Below, in pieces: positions 58,388-64,000 of a stretch of 64,000 bases of DNA. Origin of the DNA: Obrimoposthia wandeli. Lineage: Eukaryota. Positions within the stretch are counted from its first letter, which is position 1; each line of letters opens with the position of its first letter. The notes below the pieces were generated by a model that did not search any database, had not been told where the DNA came from, and saw nothing but the letters and a program-made list of their open reading frames with translations. The stretch covers positions 310,001-374,000 of the forward strand of contig CDROCS010000361.1 in NCBI GenBank assembly GCA_977020255.1, read 5' to 3'. Position numbers and translations under genes: made by a program.

Positions 58388-59614
58388 TTAATGATCGTTT
58401 AAACGGAAGTCTGAATAAGCATTCATACCATGTTCATGAGCATCTAAACCTTCTAATTCTTCTCTTTCACTTACTCTAATACCAACAGTTTTCTTAAGTG
58501 TAAAAATAATTAAGAATGATGCTATTATACAAAAAGCTGCATAACAAGCTACACCTGTTAATTGTATTAAGAATGTATGTTCTGGGTTTGTAGAAAAGAT
58601 TCCTACAGCTAATGTTCCCCAAATACCACAAATTAAGTGTACTGCAATTGCTCCAACTGGATCATCTAATTTAATAGCGTCTACAAAGGCAACGGCAAAT
58701 ACAATTATTGCTCCTGCTATACCACCAATAATAATAGCGCTTTCTGGAGTCATTACATCTGCACCTGCAGTAATACCAACTAAACCACCTAAAATACCAT
58801 TTAAGAACATTGTTAAATCTAAGTTCTTGTATTTAAGAAATGATACTAAAGCAGCAATAATACCACCTGTAGCAGCTGCTAAACAAGTTGTAACTAATGT
58901 TAATGAAGTTAATTCAGGGTCAGCAGATAAAACAGAACCACCATTAAAACCAAACCAACCTAACCAAAGGATTAAAACCCCTGCAGTTGCTAATGGTATA
59001 TTATGACCAGGTATTGCCTGAGGCTTACCGTTCTTGAATTTTCCAATACGAGGACCTAGTAACCAAACAGCAACTAAAGCTGCCCATCCACCAACAGAGT
59101 GTACTAATGTAGAACCAGCGAAATCATAAAATCCCATTTGGTCTAAAAATCCACCACCCCATTTCCATGAACCAGCTATTGGGTATATTAAACCAACATA
59201 TATAATTGTAAAAATCATAAATGGTCCAATTTTCATTCTTTCAGCTACTGCACCAGAAACGATAGTTGCAGCGGTTGCAGCAAACATTCCTTGAAATAAG
59301 AAATCTGTCCACCAAGTGTATCCACCATCTGCATATTCTGCAGTCATTCCGTTTTCTGGAGGAGTAATTCCAAAACCAGCGAAATCTAAAATTCCTGCTG
59401 AACCTTCAGCAAAACCAGGGTACATTAAGTTAAATCCACCAATATAATATAGTAGTAAACCAGATGTTATAATAAAGATATTTTTAAATAAAATGTTTAT
59501 TGTATTCTTTTGTCTTGTCAAACCAATTTCTAAAAATGCAAAACCAGTATGCATAAAGAAAACTAAGGCTGTACAGATCATCATCCATACATTATTTGTT
59601 GTTAATAATTCCAT
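58388..59614 (-). CDS. amtB: Ammonium transporter
   Basis: FQGMFAATAATIVSGAVAER, DFAGSTLVH, WLGWFGFNGGS, DDPVGAIAVH. Confidence 0.96.
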   Translation of the reverse strand: MELLTTNNVWMMICTALVFFMHTGFAFLEIGLTRQKNTINILFKNIFIITSGLLLYYIGGFNLMYPGFAEGSAGILDFAGFGITPPENGMTAEYADGGYTWWTDFLFQGMFAATAATIVSGAVAERMKIGPFMIFTIIYVGLIYPIAGSWKWGGGFLDQMGFYDFAGSTLVHSVGGWAALVAVWLLGPRIGKFKNGKPQAIPGHNIPLATAGVLILWLGWFGFNGGSVLSADPELTSLTLVTTCLAAATGGIIAALVSFLKYKNLDLTMFLNGILGGLVGITAGADVMTPESAIIIGGIAGAIIVFAVAFVDAIKLDDPVGAIAVHLICGIWGTLAVGIFSTNPEHTFLIQLTGVACYAAFCIIASFLIIFTLKKTVGIRVSEREELEGLDAHEHGMNAYSDFRLNDH

Positions 59615-59633
59615 AATTAAATTTTGTAGTAGA

Positions 59634-59972
59634 TTAGTTTAATGTTTCTCCGCCTTTTTCTCCTGTTCTAATTCTGTAAGCTTCGTTAATGTCGCTTACA
59701 AAAATTTTCCCATCACCAACTTCTCCTGTTGAAGCAGCTTCAATGATTGTTTTAATGGTGATTTCTTCAAATTCATCGTTTACAACAATAGCAAGGTGTC
59801 TTCTTTGAATGTCACTAGTGCTATAGCTAACACCTCTGTATACGTGACCTTCTTTTTCGTTTCCAATTCCTGTTACATCCCAGTAAGAGAAAAAGTTTAC
59901 ACCAACTTCATGTAGTGCATCTTTAACTACACGATATTTTGATTTTCTTATAATTGCTTCTATTTTTTTCAT
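59634..59972 (-). CDS. glnK: PII nitrogen regulatory protein
   Basis: YRG.SY T-loop, TGEVGDGKIFV, RIRTGE; adjacent to amtB. Confidence 0.9.
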   Translation of the reverse strand: MKKIEAIIRKSKYRVVKDALHEVGVNFFSYWDVTGIGNEKEGHVYRGVSYSTSDIQRRHLAIVVNDEFEEITIKTIIEAASTGEVGDGKIFVSDINEAYRIRTGEKGGETLN

Positions 59973-60004
59973 GATAAAATAAATTTATGAGTTAGTATGT
60001 TTTA

Positions 60005-60985
60005 TTAGAAAGAGTATACTGCAGCTAAAGTTACTCCAGTAACATTGTCTTTTCCGAAGAAAGTTACATCACTAGAAGTATCATATCTTAATTCAGTAAT
60101 TAATTTTAAGCTTTCAGATAATGTTGTGTTTCCTGTAAGAGTGTATGCAGATTGATTTGCGTCTCCGGCTCCAGAGGTAGTTGTGAAAAATTCTGGTCTT
60201 AAACCTAAAGAGAAAGTGTCAGAAAAAGTGTTTTGTAAATACAAAGCAATTCCTTGGTAACCTGCATCAGCATCACTAGAATTTGCATAAGCAGCATTTA
60301 TTCCTAAGTAAAAAGCATCAGATAAATCAAATCCACCTGTATAGTCTAAGTATAATACGTCATCAAATCCAAATCCATCAGCACCATAAGCTAAGTTAAA
60401 GTATTGACCTTTGTAACCTGTTTGAAATCCTAATTGGTAACTGTCTGTTGGGTTAGATCCAGCTGTAATTCCATGAGGATTTGTAACTGCTAACATAAAA
60501 GATAAATCTTCAGATGCTGCATAATCCATTTTTAAACCTGTATGAGAGAAAGGACCAGCGTTAAATAAATAAGATACAGAGTAGTTAAAGTTTCCTGCAG
60601 GAGAAATAACCTCATAACCATAGAAAGTATTAAACTGTCCTAATGTAAATGTTACTTTTTCTGAAGCATTATAGTAAGCGTATAATTGATTGATTGCTCC
60701 GTTGTAAGCGTTTGCAGCATTTGCTCTTGGTCCGTATGCTAAATCAGCAACAATTCCGGCTTTTCCTTTTTCATAAGAAAATACAGTGTTAACCATTCCT
60801 AATCCAAAACCATTTGCAGGTACATCAGATAAAACACCAATAGATCCTAAAGAGTTTTTAGATAAATTACTTGAGTAATATGTGTCTACAGTTCCACTTA
60901 ATGTGAAAGTTCCTTTTTCTTCTTTTTCTTGTCCGGTTACTATTAAGCTAGTTGCTAATAATAAAGTAAAAATAATTTTCTTCAT
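60005..60985 (-). CDS. Outer-membrane beta-barrel porin (putative)
   Basis: Signal peptide; SGTVDTYY, GQFNTFYGYEVI..AGNFNYS.SYLF...PF.HTGLK; terminal aromatic YSF. Confidence 0.75.
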   Translation of the reverse strand: MKKIIFTLLLATSLIVTGQEKEEKGTFTLSGTVDTYYSSNLSKNSLGSIGVLSDVPANGFGLGMVNTVFSYEKGKAGIVADLAYGPRANAANAYNGAINQLYAYYNASEKVTFTLGQFNTFYGYEVISPAGNFNYSVSYLFNAGPFSHTGLKMDYAASEDLSFMLAVTNPHGITAGSNPTDSYQLGFQTGYKGQYFNLAYGADGFGFDDVLYLDYTGGFDLSDAFYLGINAAYANSSDADAGYQGIALYLQNTFSDTFSLGLRPEFFTTTSGAGDANQSAYTLTGNTTLSESLKLITELRYDTSSDVTFFGKDNVTGVTLAAVYSF

Positions 60986-61259
60986 AATGTGTATTCTTTT
61001 AATGTTGATAGATTCTTATTAGTTATTACTGGGTCAAAAGTATATATTTATTTTAAACTGACAAGGGGTGTGTTTTTTAAAAACACTTATTTTTATATTA
61101 TACCCTCAAAAAAATAGGGGTTATATTGAGATAAGTTTATTTTTTTGTTTTTGAAGGGTCTTAAATGTGGTGTTTGTAAAAAAGTAGGATATAATTTTAG
61201 GATATTCATAAAAATGCACCTTTTCTAAAAAAAAATGTAATTATTGTACATTTGCACCT

Positions 61260-62042
61260 ATGAAATATTCATTTTCTTATATAGTGAAGCTACAGTTTTT
61301 AGGTTTTCGGTTTTCTGGATGGCAAAAACAAACAAATGCTAAAACATTACATGATATGGTTGATAAAACCTTGTCGTTTGTTTTTGAGGATGTTAATTAT
61401 AAAACAATTGGTGTTGGAAGGACGGATGCTAAGGTTTCTGCAAATACATATTATATTCAAATGTTTACAGATGGTTTAGTTGATGAAGCTGCTTTTGTAG
61501 ATTCTTTAAATGCTAATTTCTCTCCTGATTTTAGGGCGATTTCTATTCAGAAGGTGGATAGAGGTTTTAATATTATCAATTCTCCAAAGATTAAAGAATA
61601 TCATTATTACTTTTCTTTTGGAGGAAAGAATCATCCTTTTGCTGCTCCGTTTATTGTAAATCTTAATGAAGATCTTGATTTGGATTCAATGAAGGAAGCT
61701 GCAAAATTGTTTGCAGGAGAACATCATTTTCATAAATATTGTACAAGACCTTCTGAGAAAACTATTTTTAAAAGAGTGATTGATTCTTGTGAAATTGTAG
61801 AAAATGATATTTTAACTGCGAATTTCTTTCCTGAAAAGTCTTATATATTTAAGGTTAGAGGAAAAGGGTTTTTACGTTATCAGATTCGTTTGATGATGGC
61901 AACATTATTTGAAGTTGGTAAAGGGGATCTTGATTTGCAATTTATTGAAGCTTCTTTAAAAGAAGATAATGATAGAAAGTATATGCGAAATAATGCGCCT
62001 TCTTCTGGTTTGCAATTGTATGATATTGAATTAGAATTATAG
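61260..62042 (+). CDS. truA: tRNA pseudouridine(38-40) synthase
   Basis: FSGWQKQ, GRTDAKVSA, GKGFLRYQIR, APSSGLQL. Confidence 0.9.
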   Translation: MKYSFSYIVKLQFLGFRFSGWQKQTNAKTLHDMVDKTLSFVFEDVNYKTIGVGRTDAKVSANTYYIQMFTDGLVDEAAFVDSLNANFSPDFRAISIQKVDRGFNIINSPKIKEYHYYFSFGGKNHPFAAPFIVNLNEDLDLDSMKEAAKLFAGEHHFHKYCTRPSEKTIFKRVIDSCEIVENDILTANFFPEKSYIFKVRGKGFLRYQIRLMMATLFEVGKGDLDLQFIEASLKEDNDRKYMRNNAPSSGLQLYDIELEL

Positions 62043-62140
62043 GTTTGACCACTTAGTAACATAGGAAACATAGTTTTGTGTTTTTGAAAAATAAAAAATG
62101 AATTGATTTCTGAATTTTCTATTTTGTTGGCAAGTAGTTG

Positions 62141-62270
62141 CGTGAGCGATAGAAACGGCATCCTTTTTATGTTTAACTAGGTTTGATTTCTGCTGTAATG
62201 ATTATATGAGTTTTTTAAACAGATAGCTGTTTTAGTAAAATCAACATAAAAAGATATAGTGGATAGCGCG
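62141..62270 (-). repeat. REP/MITE-like element, copy 2
   Basis: Reverse complement gctatccactatatctttttat ... ataaaaaggatgccgtttctatcgct. Confidence 0.7.
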
Positions 62271-62356
62271 GTTTTTGTTTTTCTCAAAAACACGCCCAAA
62301 AGAAAAATCCACCTTTTAAAAAGATGGATTTTTAGAGACTATATATAAGGTGTGCT

Positions 62357-63499
62357 TTATCCTTTGATAATTCCACGAGAAATTACGATTTTCTGAATCT
62401 CAGAAGTTCCTTCGTAAATCTGTGTAATTTTAGCATCACGCATTAAACGTTCTACGTGGTAATCTTTTACAAAACCGTTTCCTCCGTGAATTTGCACAGC
62501 TTCTACAGTGTGTTCCATAGCAACTTTACTTGCGTATAATTTTGCCATTGCGCTAGACATATCGTAATTGTTACCTTGGTCTTTGTCCCAGGCAGCTCTC
62601 ATAACCAACATTCTTGCAGCTTCAATTTCTGTGTGCATGTCTGCTAATTTAAATGCAATTGCTTGATGATTGCAAATTTCTGTACCAAATGCTTTTCTTT
62701 CTTTAGAGTATTTTAAAGCTAATTCATAAGCTCCTGCTGCAATACCTAATGCTTGTGCTGCAATACCAATTCGTCCTCCAGAAAGTGTTTTCATAGCGAA
62801 TTTAAAACCAAAACCATCTTCACCGATTCTGTTTTCTTTTGGTACTTTTACATCGTTAAATTGTAAAGTGTGGGTATCTGAACCACGGATTCCTAATTTA
62901 TCTTCTTTTGGGCCAACGTGAAAACCTTCTGTACCTTTTTCTACAATAAAAGCGTTGATTCCTCTATGTCCTTTTTCTCTGTCTGTTTGTGCAATTACTA
63001 AATAAACATCTGCACGTCCACCACTTGTAATCCAGTTTTTTGTTCCGTTAATTACATAATGATCTCCTTTGTCTTCTGCAGTTGTTGCTTGTGAAGTTGC
63101 GTCTGAACCTGCTTCTGGTTCACTTAAACAAAATGCGCCAACAAATTCTCCTGTTGCTAGTTTTGTTAAATATTTTTGTTTTTGATCTTCGTTAGCGTAA
63201 GATTCTAAACCGTAACAAACTAATGAGTTGTTAACAGAAACAATTACGGATGCAGAAGCATCAATTTTAGAAAGTTCTTCCATAATTAATACGTAAGAAA
63301 TGGCGTCCATTCCGCTTCCTCCGTATTTTGGGTCTACCATAATTCCTAAAAAGCCTAAATCTCCCATTTTTTTTACTAATTCTTGTGGGAACTCTTGCTT
63401 GTTGTCTCTTTCTATTACACCAGGTAATAATTCTGTTTGCGCAAAGTCTCTTGCAGCATCTCGAATCATAATGTGTTCTTCTGTTAAACTAAAATCCAT
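62357..63499 (-). CDS. Acyl-CoA dehydrogenase (short/branched-chain type)
   Basis: FCLSEPEAGSDA, NGTKNWITSG, GRIGIAAQALG, HGGNGF, QIYEGTSEIQ. Confidence 0.93.
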   Translation of the reverse strand: MDFSLTEEHIMIRDAARDFAQTELLPGVIERDNKQEFPQELVKKMGDLGFLGIMVDPKYGGSGMDAISYVLIMEELSKIDASASVIVSVNNSLVCYGLESYANEDQKQKYLTKLATGEFVGAFCLSEPEAGSDATSQATTAEDKGDHYVINGTKNWITSGGRADVYLVIAQTDREKGHRGINAFIVEKGTEGFHVGPKEDKLGIRGSDTHTLQFNDVKVPKENRIGEDGFGFKFAMKTLSGGRIGIAAQALGIAAGAYELALKYSKERKAFGTEICNHQAIAFKLADMHTEIEAARMLVMRAAWDKDQGNNYDMSSAMAKLYASKVAMEHTVEAVQIHGGNGFVKDYHVERLMRDAKITQIYEGTSEIQKIVISRGIIKG

Positions 63500-63591
63500 A
63501 TGTGTGTATTTTTATTATATTCGTAATTAATGACTCCAAAGATATCGATTTCGTAACTTATTATCAACAGACTTTTGTTAATTTTACAATT

Positions 63592-64000
63592 ATGAATAAT
63601 AATGAGGTTTTTGTAGTAGGATTAATGTCTGGGACATCTTTAGATGGAATTGATTTGGTGTATGTGAAGTTTTTAAATGATAACTATCAAGAATTTGATA
63701 TTTTACACTCAGAAACCGTTTCGTATTCTAAAAAATGGAAATCGACGTTACAGAATTCAATTAATTTTTCTTCGGATGATTTAACAGCGTTAAATATAGA
63801 ATATGGTTCTTTTTTAGGTGATGTAATTAATGATTTTATTGATAAATTTCAGATTAAAAACATCGATTTTATCGCTTCTCATGGTCATACGGTTTTGCAT
63901 CAGCCTCACAAGGGAATTACACTTCAAATTGGTGATGGACAAATAATTGCAAATACTACAAAGCAAAAAGTTATTTGCGATTTTAGAACGCAAGATGTTG
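63592..64000 (+). CDS. anmK: Anhydro-N-acetylmuramic acid kinase (partial, runs off the window)
   Basis: ATG 63592: MNNNEVFVVGLMSGTSLDGIDL...IASHGHTVLHQP...TLQIGDG...DFRTQDV. Confidence 0.88.
   Translation, partial: MNNNEVFVVGLMSGTSLDGIDLVYVKFLNDNYQEFDILHSETVSYSKKWKSTLQNSINFSSDDLTALNIEYGSFLGDVINDFIDKFQIKNIDFIASHGHTVLHQPHKGITLQIGDGQIIANTTKQKVICDFRTQDV

Noticed and set aside
861-63530. Short overlapping or antisense ORFs in the track (e.g. 2445-2792, 6360-6707, 14623-14856, 52606-53001, 53493-54098)
   Set aside because: They overlap well-supported genes, have no recognisable motifs and look like shadow frames

Overview
A 64 kb AT-rich segment of a Flavobacteriaceae chromosome, probably Polaribacter-like (TTG-N19-21-TAnnTTTG promoters, T9SS cargo, Bacteroidota-type rRNA). 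Left to right: small proteins and a Ca/Na antiporter; divergent glutamine synthetases (GSII, GSIII); a curli-like amyloid operon (csgA, csgB, csgH/E-like, csgF, csgG fused to a beta-barrel, and a TolB-like lipoprotein); purM; a plasticity hotspot (12.86-17.4 kb) with two toxin-antitoxin pairs, a WD40 gene, duplicated palindromes and two integron-like gene cassettes bounded by attC-like hairpins, with no integrase in the window; nrdJ; acuI/yhdH and hxlR; an arsR-arsE-arsP-arsF-arsG-like operon; an FG-GAP T9SS protein; prfA; four tandem ~248 bp units that each look like promoter + ~100 nt sRNA + terminator; GH31; a glgA(M)-glgC-glgE-mak-glgB operon; thrS-infC-rpmI-rplT; an rRNA operon (16S-tRNA-Ile-tRNA-Ala-23S-5S); tRNA-Arg; a decayed ISL3; a porin-glnK-amtB-gltBD cluster; truA; acyl-CoA dehydrogenase; partial anmK. 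The best candidates for undescribed systems are the attC-like cassette array and the sibling-sRNA array. All alignments were done by eye and no database searches were run.
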